A DNA stretch of 64,000 bases, from contig CM059446.1 in assembly GCA_030390025.1 (NCBI GenBank), positions 54,808,001 through 54,872,000 on the forward strand, written 5' to 3'. The notes under the pieces are model-generated. The model saw only the letters and a list, made by a program, of their open reading frames with translations, did not search any database and was not told the DNA's origin. The DNA is from Squalus acanthias (lineage: Eukaryota). Of this stretch, positions 24,436 through 36,482 are shown one piece after another (position 1 is the first letter of the stretch; each line of letters begins with the position of its first letter). The translations under genes were made by a program, and so were the position numbers.

Positions 24436-26574
24436 TCTATTGAGAGATCTAGTGAAGGCCCTATTGTGGAGGGTCACCGACACCGTAGGAGAGAAGATGG
24501 GGGCGAATCACAGGTGGGTGACGCCAAGTTTGGATTTTAAAAGCCTACGGGTGCGAAGATGAAGGGAACTGATTTGGAAATAGGAACAGAAACAAAGTTA
24601 TTTGAAGTTTGTTGATGATATGAAACTGGGGGGGGGGGGGGGGGAGGGGAGGAGGAGGAGGCCTCCAAATAATGGGGAACAAGAGGAACGAATACAGTGG
24701 GACCAGGATAGGCCGGAGGATTGGGCTGGCAAGGCACACGTTGTTTAATGTGGACAAACGCAGGTCGATGAGACTGGGACAGGGAAATAGGTCATGGGAA
24801 TATAAGACAAATGGCCGCAACACACAGGACACAGCAAGAGGAGAGGGACCAGGGGTCAGTTTAGGATCGCTTTCCCTACGTTACGACAGTGACTACACTT
24901 CATTGGCTGCGAAGCGCTTTGGGACGTCCTGAGGCCGTGAAAGGCGCTGTATAAATGCAAGTTCTTTTTCCTTCCTGGAGGAAAATGGGTTCGAAATGTT
25001 TCTGAGGTAAAGAGAAAGTGATAAAAAACACACAGGCTGAAATAAAAACAGAAAATGCTGCGAGCACACAGCTCCTTTCTGAGAACTGTAAAGATAGGGT
25101 TTCCTTTCTGGGGCGTGGGGCCCTTCTTCAGAACCCCGGTGTGCGGAGGAAGATTACGCCCTAACTTATCCTGCTTGCTGAAACCATCAGAGCAATGTGA
25201 ACGGTGAGCAAACAAAACAAATGCGCATTAAAATTTTGAGCTTGTAGACAGCCCTGCCCACAACACGCTCGATGTTTCCGTTTATTATCCCACAGTGAGG
25301 ACATCCTGGCTTTAGAGCGGGGAGGGGGAGGGGGAGGGGTCTAAACTGATCCAGGGGAGTAGGCACCTGAGCTACAAGGAGAGACATAGAATAGAATCAT
25401 AGAATGGTACAGCACAGAAGGAGGCCATTCGGCCCATCGAGACTGTGCCGGCTCTTTCGAAGAGCGATCCAGTTAGCCCCACTTCCCCTGCTCTTTCCCC
25501 ACCACATCCCATCCCTGCAATTCTTTTCTCCTTAAGAAATCCGATCATGGATTACGGGGGAGAAAAGAGAAAGCTCAGCGGGAGACCTTGCTGAAGATCT
25601 CAGGATTTATCAATAAACTGAGCCCTAATAATATGTCTGACTAAACGCTGTAAGCAGGGACACAGACCCGAGCTCGGAGGAGGGAAGGTGAACAGTCTGT
25701 TTGGGTGGATTTTCCTCTTCAAGGCCTGGCCTTCTCACTAAAATGCTTGAACAATTACTTAATTTAATTAAGTTTCTTGGCGGGGGCGTAAGAACTTATT
25801 GAAAATTTGGGCTGCTCAAAGTTTCCTCTCATTAACTTTACTCAAAGCACAGTCATTAGATTCGATGAACAGCTCCCATCCCCAAGAATGGTTGAATAGC
25901 CTGACCTCGGGAAGGGGACTAGGATTTACACTCTTGGTGGCTAAGCAGTGACCCCTTGCTGGACAGCTGGTGTCTCTGTGCGCGTAGGTCAGGTCTGGGC
26001 TCGGCCATGATAACCCCATCCTCCCCGTGGTCGGTGTACCTGCCAAGACTTATTGGCTCGACTTGCCCATGATGGGCGGCCAATGGGGTGAGATATCGGC
26101 AAATTGACCAGCTCCGGTTAAACTATACGCCCAAGATGCACAGCCACGATGGGCCGAATGGCCTCCTTCTGTGCTGTGTCATTCTATGAGTTGGCACCTT
26201 CAGGAGAGGAGAGGAGAAAGTTAGCGGAAAAGGGAAGAGCTGAGGTTTGATGGGAGGTTTTTTTAAATTTGGAAACGGGTGAGAGGTCAAGGCTCAGAAT
26301 GTGGCTCATCACCAAGGTTAAATAGAACTGGAGATGAAATAAATCAGAAAGGATTGGTTCGGTGACACCAAATTTGGGTTTTGAAAGCCTGTAGATTGTA
26401 GGAAGTTTGAGATGCATGGAAAGCATGAGTTAGAGTAGGAGACTGATGAGGTGATGATACTTGGTTCCCACACACAGTTTGCAAACTAACTGGAAAATTC
26501 AAGGTTTGAGTAATTTCAATGTGTTTTTTTTTACTAAAATTTGTGTCGTACAAAAATAAGATTTGGCAAACCCG

Positions 26575-27150
26575 ATGATGAAGCTGGAGATGTACAGAAA
26601 GACCACTTGGTTAGACCACTCTTGGAGTACTGTGCACAGTTCTGGTTTCCATGCTATAAAAGGATACAGAGGCACTGGAGAAGGTGCAAAAAAGATTTAC
26701 TAGAATGATACCAGATCTGAGAGGTTATACCTATCAGGAAAGACTGAACAGGCTGGGACTCTTTTCTCTAGAAAAGAGAAGGTTGAGGGGTGGCCTGATG
26801 AGAGGCCTTTAACATTATGAAAGGGCTTGATAGGGTAGACGTAGAAAAGTTGTTTCCACTTGCGGGGGAGACCAGAACTAGGGGCCATAAATGTAAGATA
26901 GTCACTAATAAATCCAATAGGGAATTCAGGAAAAACGTCTTTACCCAGAGAGTGGTTAGAATGTAGTTGAGGCAATAGCATAGATGCATTTAAGGGGAAG
27001 CTGGATAAGCACATGAAGGAGAAAGAAATAGAAGGATATATTGATGGGGTGAGATGAAGAGGGGTGGGAGGAGGCTCGTGTGGAGCATAAACACCGGCAC
27101 GGACTGGTTGGGCCGAATGGCCTGGTTTGATGCTGTAACCACTTTGTAAT
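26575..27150 (+). mobile_element. CR1 LINE 3' fragment
   Basis: ttggttagaccac..tggagtactgtgcacagttctgg and 3' UTR gggccgaatggcctg. Confidence 0.85.
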
Positions 27151-27294
27151 ACTTGGTAATATCACTGCTCCCTTATTGCTTGGTGATGAAATGCACTGTG
27201 TTGTGTGGTACCGAGCCTTACAGACCCCGGGAAGGTCCTAAGTTTGATTCCCACTCCGTCGCTCCTGCTCCTGTTTCTTATGTTCTTATGTTCT

Positions 27295-30152
27295 AAACGC
27301 ATGGAGTATAAGGAATAAATTGAATGAACTGCAGGCGCGAATTCAAATTGGAGGGTATGACATGCAGCCATGTCTCAGTAATGGCTACCAAGACAGTCGG
27401 AACTGGGAACTAAATATACCAGGTTATAAGGTCTACAGGAAAGATAGGGAAAATGGCAGAGGGGGAGGAGTAGCCTTAGTGATTAAGCATGAAATCACTT
27501 CAATGACGAGAGGATATAACGAGAGGTAAGCAGGCCATGGAGACTTTATGGGTAGAATTAAGAAATAGGAAAGGATTTAAGACTAGTGGGAATTGTGTAT
27601 CGGCCCCTGTGATGTGCTAGATTGTATAAATGCAGAGATTAGACAAGCATGTAGAAAAGGCAGAGTGGTTTTAATGGGGGATTTTAACTTTGATATAGAT
27701 TGGGATAAGCAGACTAGCACCTGTCAGAAAGGAAGTGAATTTCTTGAGTGTGTCCGGTATAGTTTTCTACAACAATATGTCCTAGAGGCAACAAGGGGGC
27801 AAGCCATATTAGATTTAGTAATGAATAATGAGCCAGATTTAGTTAATAGCCTAACTGTGCGCGAACATTTATCCAACAGCGATCATAATATGATCGAGTT
27901 TAACGTAGCCTTTGAAAGGGAGAAACACGAAACAGCTACTAAGATTGTAGATTTAGGTAAGGCCAACTTCAACGGGATGAGGCAGAGACTGTCCACAGTA
28001 AACTGGGCAAATCAGTTAATGGGTAAAACGACAGAAGATCAATGGGAGATGTTCAAAAAATAATTTAATTTGATACAGAACCAGTTTATACCCCTGAGGG
28101 GCAAGAGCTCTACTTGCCAAAGAAAACAGCCATGGACGAGTAAAGCGGTGAGGGACAGCTTCACACTAAAAGGAAAAACATACAGAAATGCCAAAAAATA
28201 GCACAGATCCTGGCGAATGGGAAAGATACAAAGAATATCAAAGGGTCACAAAACAGATAGCAAGAGCTACAAAAAGGGAGAATGAAAAGAAACTGGCAAG
28301 GGGTATCAAAATCAATACAAAGAATTTTTACAGTTACATTAGGAAAAAGAGTTTAGTCAGGAGCAATGTTGGCCCCTTAAAAACTGAAAGCAGTGACATT
28401 GTCAATGATAAGGAAATGGCAGACATGTTGAATAATTACTTTGCGTTAGTGTTTACAGTAGAAGAGGATAGCATGCTGGAAATCCCAAGGAAACTAATAT
28501 TGAATCGGGGACAGGGACTCAATAAAATTAACGTAAGTAAAATAACAGTAATGAAGAAAGTAATGGCACTAAAGAGTGACACATCCCCAGGACCAGATGG
28601 TTTCCATCCCAGGGTTTTAAAGGAAGTAGGTGAGCACATTGCAGATGCCCTAACTATAATCTTCCAAAGTTCTCTCGATTCAGGAACCGTTCCGTTAGAT
28701 TGGAAAATTGCGCATGTCACTCCGCTATTTAAAAATGGTGAGAGAGGGAAACCTGGGAATTATAGACCAGTTAGCCTAACATCTGTTGTCAGGAAATTGC
28801 TGGAGTCTATAATTAAGGATAGGGTAACTGAACACCTCTCAAATTTTCAGTTGATCAGAGAGAGCCAGCATGGATTTGTGAAAGGCAGGTCATGTCTGAC
28901 AAACCTGATTACATTTTTTGAAGTGGTGACTAAAATAGTGGACAGGGGAATGTCTATGTCTATGGATGTTATTTATATGGACTTCCAGAAGGCATTTGAT
29001 AAAGTCTCACATAAGAGACTGTTAACTAAGGTAGAAGCCCACGGAATTGAGGGCAAATTATTGACCTGGTTAGGAAATTGGCTGAGCGGCAGGAGACAGG
29101 CAGTAGGGATAATGGGTAGGTACTTAACTTGGCAGGATAAACTAATGGTGTCCTGCAGGGATCTGTGTTGGGGCCACAACTATTCACAGTATTTATTAAT
29201 GACTTAGATGATGCCATAGAAAGTCATATATCCAAATTTGCCGATGACACAAAGATAGGCGGCATTGTAGGCAGCGTAGATGAAAGCATAAAATTACAAA
29301 GAGATATCGACAGATTAAGTGAATGGACAAAACTGGCAATGTAAGCAAATGTGAGGTCATCCACTTTAGACCTAAAAAGGATTGAACAGGGTATTTTCCA
29401 AATGGTGAAAAGCTAAAATCAGTGGATGTCCAAAGAGACTTGGTGGGTCCAAGTACATCGATCATTAAAATGTCATGAACAGGTACAGAAAATAATCAAA
29501 AAGGCTAACGGAATGCTGACCTTTCTATCTAGAGGACTAGAATACTAGGGTGTAGAAGTTATGCTCCAGCTATACAAAGCCCTGGTTAGACAACACCTGG
29601 AGCACTGTGAGCAGTTCTGGGCACCACACCTTAGGAAGGATAAATTGGCCTTGGGGGGAGTGCAGCGTAGGTTTACCAGAATGATACCCGGACTTCAAGG
29701 GTTAAGTTACAAGGAGAGATTACACAAATTAGGGTTGTATTCCCTAGAATTTAGAAGGTTAAGGGGTGATCTGATCGAAGTTTTCAAGATATTAAGGGGA
29801 ACAGTTAGGGTAGATAGAGAGAAACTAGAGAGAAACGCTGGTTGGGGATTCTAGGACTAGGGGACATAGCCTAAAAATTAGAGCCCGAGCTTTCAGGAGT
29901 GAAATTAGGAAACAATTCTACACACAAAGGGCGGTAGAAGTTTGGAACTCTCTTCCGCAAACAGCAATTGATGCTAGATCAATTGTTAATTTTTAATCTG
30001 AGATTGATAGATTTTTGTTAACTAAAGGTATTAAGGGACATGGGCCAAAGGCGAGTGGTAGATGGAGTTAAGTCGCAGATCCGCCATGATCTCATTGAAT
30101 GGCGGAACAGGCTCGAGGGGCTGAATGGCCTCCTCCTGTTCCTATGTTCTTA
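27295..30152 (+). mobile_element. CR1 LINE ORF2 (endonuclease + RT), degenerate, in ISG20 intron
   Basis: VVLMGDFN, LDLVM, SDHNMI (EN); SPGPDGFHPRVLKE, NYRPVSLTS, QHGFVKGRSCLTNL, DFQKAFDKV (RT). Tail ttcctatgttcttat. Confidence 0.92.
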
Positions 30153-30157
30153 TAAGA

Positions 30158-30232
30158 CACTAAACAGGTCAGGCAGCATCTGTGGAGAGATAAACAGGGC
30201 AATGTTTCAGGTCGATGACCTTTCATCAGAAC
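30158..30232 (-). mobile_element. Penelope terminal-repeat fragment with hammerhead core (ISG20 intron)
   Basis: Similar to 56930-57005. The minus strand reads CTGATGA-a-aggtc-atc-gacct-GAAA-catt. Confidence 0.65.
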
Positions 30233-30483
30233 AGGGAATCTCCTGGTGCCCTGGCCAACGTTCATCCCTCATCCAACACCAGCAAAAGCATTAGACAGTC
30301 ATTTACTATCTGAGGGATCTTGCTGTGTGCAAGTTGGCTACCACGTCTGTCTACATCGACAGTGACTACACTTCAAAAGTACTTCATTGGTTGTGAAGCG
30401 CTTTGGGAGGTTCAGAGGACATGAAAGGGGCTGGAGAAATGCAAGTTCTTTCTTCTAATGAAGTGTTTGCCAATTACATTCAG

Positions 30484-30684
30484 ATTTTGAAGATTATAGA
30501 AGGGAAAATTATTGTGGGCCATGATCCTAGATCGGACTTCCGGGTCCTGAAAACAGACATCTCAGACTATGCCGTACGGGACACCTCATCGTGCAAGTTA
30601 CTGATCACGAAGGCAAGACTGAAAACCGACAGACGGGCCTCATTAAAAATGTTGTGCCAGAACCTGCTGGGGAAAAGGATACAG
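30484..30684 (+). CDS. ISG20: ISG20 internal coding exon (201 bp)
   Basis: attcag|ATT and CAG|GTAAAT. Encodes ILKIIEGKIIVGHDPRSDFRVLKTDISDYAVRDTSSCKLL...RRASLKMLCQNLLGKRIQ. Same size and phase as the AEN exon. Confidence 0.92.
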
Positions 30685-31149
30685 GTAAATAGGCGGTGTG
30701 TAATGAGCGCTCAGACACACTAATCAACTGTTCCTCCAATCGTTCCTCTGTTAAGCTCCAAATGCTCGTCCCTCCATGCTCTTCCTTCTCGCTACAACTC
30801 CACTGTGTTGAACTCGAGAGTCGCTTACACTGTCCTCTACCCTAGCTCACTCGTTCCTAGAATCGTAAAACTATGTGACCTCCCTCGTTCCCCCCCTCAC
30901 CCCACTTCCTCCTACCCAAACCTGGTGTCACCTCACCAAGACTTGATGTCAACAAATCACCAACTTTCGATTTACTTCTTACACTTTTGTAACCTTGGTG
31001 GGGTCCTGTAGGAGGGAGCCTTGGTCGTTGCCCTGCGTTCCTCAATAATAAACAGGGGGTCAATTTGTTCTTTTTCCGTTTCCCCTCTGAGCCTTGTTTC
31101 AGAGGGTAAATTCTACACTTTACATTCTACCACCAGCCTGATATTCTTG

Positions 31150-31303
31150 TTCTCTCTCTCTCTCCTTCTCTCTCTTGTTCTCTTTCTCTCTCTCTCTCCT
31201 TCTCTCTCTCTTTCCCACTCTCCTTCTCTCTCTTGTTCTCTTTCTCTCTCTCTCCTCTGTCCTCTCTCTCCACTCTCTCTCATTCTCTCTCTCTCTCTCT
31301 CTG
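31150..31303. repeat. Imperfect (CT)n polypyrimidine microsatellite
   Basis: About 150 bp of tctctc repeats. Confidence 0.9.
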
Positions 31304-31827
31304 TGTATATAGAAATATAATATGCCCTGCAGCTTAAATGGGCTCTGTGCGAGTTACGAGTGTCCGATCACTCAGTATATTTATGCTGGAATTGCTCTGG
31401 TGATTGAGTGGATGACGGGGCGTCTTCAGTACGGTAGATTGTAGAACAGAGAAGATAATGCTTGATATTTTGAAATAGAAACAGAAAATGGTGGAGATGC
31501 ACAATGGGTCAGTCAGCATCTGAAAGAAAAAGGCAGGTTAAGCTTTCTGGTGGATCCTTTACCAGAAGCGGAAGGAGATCGTCCACTTATCGAATCGACT
31601 TGTTGGGCAAATGCAGCTTTTCATTCTGTTTCAACTTTCTGGTGTGGGATTTTTTGCTCATCAAGGTGAGGGAGGTTAAGGTTCAAGAGTGGAATATCTC
31701 ATTTTGGATACCCAGTATTGGTGCCAAGCACATCCAGGTCAGGTATTGCATGGGTTAGATACAGAGTAAAGCTCCCTTGAGATAGCCCCATCAAGCACTC
31801 CCATGTAAGGTAAAGGTTGAGTCCGGT

Positions 31828-32250
31828 GCAGAGTAAAGCTCCCTCTATACTGCCCCCTTAACCATTGTCAGGTTGGTACAGCACAGGTCAGATGCAGAGT
31901 AAAGCTCCCTCTATACTGCCCCCTCAACCATTGTCAGGTTGGTACAGCACAGGTCAGATGCAGAGTAAAGCTCCCTCTATACTGCCCCCTCAACCATTGT
32001 CAGGTTGGTACAGCACAGGTCAGATGCAGAGTAAAGCTCCCTCTATACTGCCCCCTCAACCATTGTCAGGTTGGTACAGCACAGGTCAGATGCAGAGTAA
32101 AGCTCCCTCTATACTGCCCCCTTAACCATTGTCAGGTTGGTACAGCACAGGTCAGATGCAGAGTAAAGCTCCCTCTATACTGCCCCCTTAACCATTGTCA
32201 GGTTGGTACAGCACAGGTCAGATGCAGAGTACAGCTCCCTCTACGTTGCC
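31828..32250. repeat. 66-bp minisatellite, ~6 near-identical copies
   Basis: Unit accattgtcaggttggtacagcacaggtcagatgcagagtaaagctccctctatactgccccctca. Confidence 0.95.
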
Positions 32251-32359
32251 CCAACAACGTGCTTGAACCCCAGCATCAGCCGAGGGCCCCCTGACAGCAC
32301 CAGAGAGACCTTGTCCACCCTGTGGCCTCCCCTGACTGGTTCACCTTTTTCTTTCGCAG

Positions 32360-32509
32360 GACAGCTACAGAGGACACTCATCCGTCGAAGATGCGACTGC
32401 GGCGATGGAACTTTTTAAACTTGTAGACAAAATGTGGGAACTTCATCTCATTGAGGGACGCAGAGTGGAGATAGTAAACCGATTTGAGAATTGCAACAGA
32501 TATCAGTGA
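32360..32509 (+). CDS. ISG20: ISG20 last coding exon (missed by the ORF track)
   Basis: ttttctttcgcag|GAC. Encodes DSYRGHSSVEDATAAMELFKLVDKMWELHLIEGRRVEIVNRFENCNRYQ* (ExoIII GHSSVEDA). TGA at 32507-32509. Confidence 0.9.
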   Translation, partial: DSYRGHSSVEDATAAMELFKLVDKMWELHLIEGRRVEIVNRFENCNRYQ

Positions 32510-32514
32510 ATAAA
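32509..32514 (+). terminator. Candidate ISG20 poly(A) signal overlapping the stop codon
   Basis: The sequence reads cag TGA ATAAA, so AATAAA shares its first A with the stop codon. Confidence 0.4.
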
Positions 32515-32906
32515 ACAGATTAGGAACGGGAACTCTGATTTTCGTATCTCACATGAACAAGGATTGATATCTGCGGTTTACCCAGGATCACAAAACTGCA
32601 CAGCATCATTTTATTTCCCCGCCTCCATTTTCTCTCGTTCTTTCCTGAATTGCAGCTCCACGGGTGTTAGTCCTTGAAACCAATCGGCCATTTGCCACGT
32701 GTGACCCTCGACTTGTGAGCATGCCGACAATGGAGGATGTCACAGTACGTCCTAACCTCGCCTCACCTCTACACTCCCTTCTACCAGGAGCTACTTGGGT
32801 GGCGATCAGGAGTGGGAACCCTGCCTGGTTATTTATTCCAACCATCCTTAGCTCAGGGATCTGGGACAAGATCAGCTAACTAAACACGGGGGGGGCCACC
32901 TGCAAT

Positions 32907-33058
32907 CAGTGTTCCCTTTAAGCTGCGTGGCCGCGCGGTAATGGGGCAGGTCCCGCGCAGGCCACTCGCCGGCTTCTCCATTGTAAATAAATTTAAAGGG
33001 ACCGCGCACAAAAAGAAACAGGCCGCGCAGAACAAAGCGCGGCTTACGGGGAACATTG
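32907..33058. mobile_element. hAT-type MITE (same family)
   Basis: CAGTGTTCCCTTTAAG...CTTACGGGGAACATTG. TSD CCTGCAAT/CCTGTGAT. Confidence 0.75.
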
Positions 33059-35752
33059 CCTGTGATCCTCTGGTCTGTCCAACGCAGTACTACACCCGAC
33101 AGCTTTAATGCGCCTGCTTCTGAACAGATTACAAGAGCTCTTGTTAGATTTTTTTTTAAAGACTTTTTGTGTGTGTGTGTGAATGTTGTGCTTCTCATGA
33201 TGATGGGGGAGGGGGGGCAGGTGGTCAATGCTGGTAAATGACACACTTAACCATCTTGGGCACCTACTGTCAGCATCAAGCACTCCCAGGCCAAGGTTAA
33301 CGCCATTTAAACTGCCTCAATCCCTTCTATTTGAAGCATTTTACACTCTCCCACGCTGGATTCTCTCCGCGCTCATTGTGGGACACTGGGTTAGCCAATT
33401 CCACCAAAAATCAATGCCCATTTTAATAACTAAATGGTGCAAACTCTACCTGTCCCACCAGAGGGAGCATCCAGCCTGGTAATTGGTTGTTGAAATACAC
33501 ACAAAGCTCCATCTGCTGGAAGATATAAGTATTGCACCTATATACCTTGACACTTCAAACACCGAACCTTCAAAGGGTAATGTCAGGAGTCTGGACTGCT
33601 GGTGGGGACCGTTGCCTTGGGTAGGGCAGGCTCGTAAAGTTACCCCTTTAAACAATGGAGAAGGAACTGCAAAAACGGCAGCTTAGAGCTTATTAAATGG
33701 TACAGACAAGAATATCACTGCAAGGTAAAAGAAAAAGCAGGCAAGTAAGGTCAGACAACGTCAATTTGAAATTAGTGAAAAGTGAATTTAAAATGGCTAT
33801 CAGAAAAAACAAACTTCTTTGATTAAAAAGATGGAGAAGTGTTTTGGAATACTTCAGGGGGAAGTAGCAAAGGCAAAAGTTATTGGGGATGCTCAAAGTG
33901 GAGTCGGAGGCTGTGATGGGAGTTAGGGTACTGGAGGGATGGGCTTCCAAAGGCTAAATGGTCATTTCTCACCCTTGACTTTTTTTTTAAAAAAAACCAA
34001 GGAGAGACTCTGGGTGGAGCGTCTCAGGACAGGTCCTGCAATCGCTTGTTCACCCAGAGACCGCAGTACATTAACTGTTCTTGTCTGTACCGTGACTGCA
34101 GCCCCGGATTAAACAGAGCTCGAATAGCGTCAGTGCCCACTCGCCACCCCAACCCCGGGGCTCCTAACTTCACCTTCAAATAAGACGGATAGGGCTGGCT
34201 GGTTATCTCACCGCTGCTTGTGGCGACCCGGCTGTGTGCATATTTGGCTGCTCCATCTGCCCTCGGAATAACAGTGACCGCTTCGGGACACGAGAGGCGC
34301 AAAAATAAAACGCGAGTCATTCCCTTTCCTTGTCTAAGCAGTGAATGGAATCTGAACAAGTGGGGCTGAAACTGTGCAGTGTGCGTGTCCCCATCGCCCA
34401 AGGTGCTGTGACTGCCATTCTCCATTATTGACTGCTCACACGACCCTTCTTCCATTTCGGAGCGCCCAGATTCCTCCCTGAACCAACATCATCAAAACAA
34501 ACCGGTCATTTTATCTTAATTACTGTGTGCAAAAATAGCTGCCGTGTCCACCTACATAACAACAGTGACTGCACTTGAACAACAAAAAAATGAATTGCTT
34601 GGTTGTAAAGATGCTTTGGGATGTCCCGAGGATGATAAGGCTCTATATAAATGCAAGATCTTTCTTTAAGATGGTGTTGTTGGCAAGATTTTTTGACTTG
34701 GGGTGAAGGGGAGGCATATCAGAAAGAACCCAACTAACAGCACAGGCTGCGGGGTCGAAGCCAGGTCCCGGCTTTGTGATACCACCTCAACCATCAGGGA
34801 GGCCACGGTCCATTCACACACACTTTCTTTCAGAGAAGCGCCGCCTCTTGTCTCGTTTCCCCCTCCCCTCCTTTACTAGGTGGCTCTGCGGGTCGACCCC
34901 GGCGCTAAATCCCGGAGCATTCCCCATTTGTATCAAGGTGAAAATTAAACTTGAACCAGAATCAAATCAATCAATCTTATTTTTATTCCGTGTGGTGGAT
35001 CAACATAAATAAGAATCAATTTAAAGTGTAGTGATTTGACAGAATCAAATTCCCTGTTGTAATCACACAACACACTCCGTCTGACTGCACAGCCCTTGAA
35101 TAAAGTTATACTTTACAAGCAGTAGAAAATGTTTTCACGGGTCCTTTTCTTACAGAAGAATTTAGCCCCTGATGTCCCCTACCCCCCCCCCCCCCCCCTC
35201 CTCTCACCCACTCCTAAAGGTGCCGACTCCTGCTGGGGTACAGTTTCAGGGACACCATCCCACCCCCACCCCTCGATACCTCAATCACTTATTGTCGGTG
35301 AAGAATTTAACCATGTACAAAACTAGAGCGGAGCCTGGGTCCCGTCCTTGCCCGATGCCCAGCAGAGGTTTCCCATCCCCTAGCCCAGAGGCACTGGGGA
35401 GGGGTGGGGTCTAATGTAGGACCACAGCTACTATCTCGACACAGACTAGGGAGTGGCATGGGTGGGGTGGTTGAACCAGGGAAGGACTGTTGCTTGTCTA
35501 TATGGCTCCGATACACTGGACAGTGCATTTACCCTCTAAGCCATTGAAAGGGGGGGGGGGGGGTTGCTGGTTTAGCTTTTATTTTGTTTGAGGGTGGGCG
35601 TTTTTAAGCAGAGAGGTTCTGCGGAATTCCTAGCGATGTGTCAACTCTCTGCAAACGTTGTCTTGAAAACCCCCTTCGCCGTTGAGAGATTCTGTTTGCA
35701 GGTAATGCGCTCGCCACGCCGAGCCTGCAGACCCTAGCTGTGCCTACTGGGG

Positions 35753-36482
35753 CAGCAGTCTCCCTTTATACCGCGCATGTTTGAATACTATCCGTGGCTT
35801 GGGTTGACGTGCGCTGCTTGCACTTGGCTTGGCTTCCGCTTTCTCCTGGCGAAGAGACTCGAGGTGTTCGGCGCCTTCCCGGGTGCTTCTCCTCCACTTT
35901 GTGCGGTCTTGGGCCAGGGATTCCCAGGTGTCAGTGGGGATGTTGCACTTTTTCAAGGAGGCTTTGAGGGTGTCCTTGAAGCGTTTCCTCTGCCCACCTG
36001 GGGCTCTCTTGACAGCACCCCACCCGCCCCTTCAACCACCGTCTGCCCCACCTGTGACAGAGACTGCAGGTCCTGCATTGGACTCATCAGTCACCTGAGA
36101 ACTCATTTTTAATGTGGAAGCAAGTCATCCTCGGTTCCGCCTAAGAAGACGACGACTGTCCGTGGTGTGATAGTTACACGTAGAATGAACTCTCCCAGTA
36201 CTCTTCAGCTGAGACAGCAGGTGGCCAAGAACCAGGAACCTGCCAGTGCTGTCTGCCAACTGGAGAGGGAGGGAGGCGGTGGCCAAGGGAAATCTGTGGG
36301 CAAAATAACTTGGGCTGCTTTGCCGCAACTTTCAGCAGCCAGTTGGCAGCAGCACTGGCTGCTTCCTGGTTCCTGGCTACCTGCTGTCTCAGCAGAAACG
36401 AGTACTGGGAGAGTTCATTCTACCTGTAACTATCACGCCACGGATAGTATTCAAACATGCGCGGTATAAAGTGAGACTGCTG
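35753..36482. mobile_element. Fold-back MITE with ~140-bp inverted arms (left arm interrupted by RTE)
   Basis: 35753-35797 plus 36166-36262 is the reverse complement of ~36339-36482 (CAGCAGTCTC..TTTATACCGCGCATGTTTGAATACTATCCGTGG..GAATGAACTCTCCCAGTACTC..). Confidence 0.85.
35798..36154. mobile_element. RTE LINE copy with 5' inversion
   Basis: An antisense block (35798-~36010) is followed by the sense 3' end with an aagaagacgacg tail. TSD actatccgtgg (35787-35797) / actgtccgtgg (36155-36165). Confidence 0.85.

Noticed and set aside
28188-29207. 339-aa ORF as a host gene or active LINE
   Set aside because: It is a CR1 ORF2 fragment with stops and frameshifts on both sides.
31865-32125. ORF with 22-aa repeats (and the REVTSTEF ORFs at 37940-38540)
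   Set aside because: These are simple translations of minisatellites.
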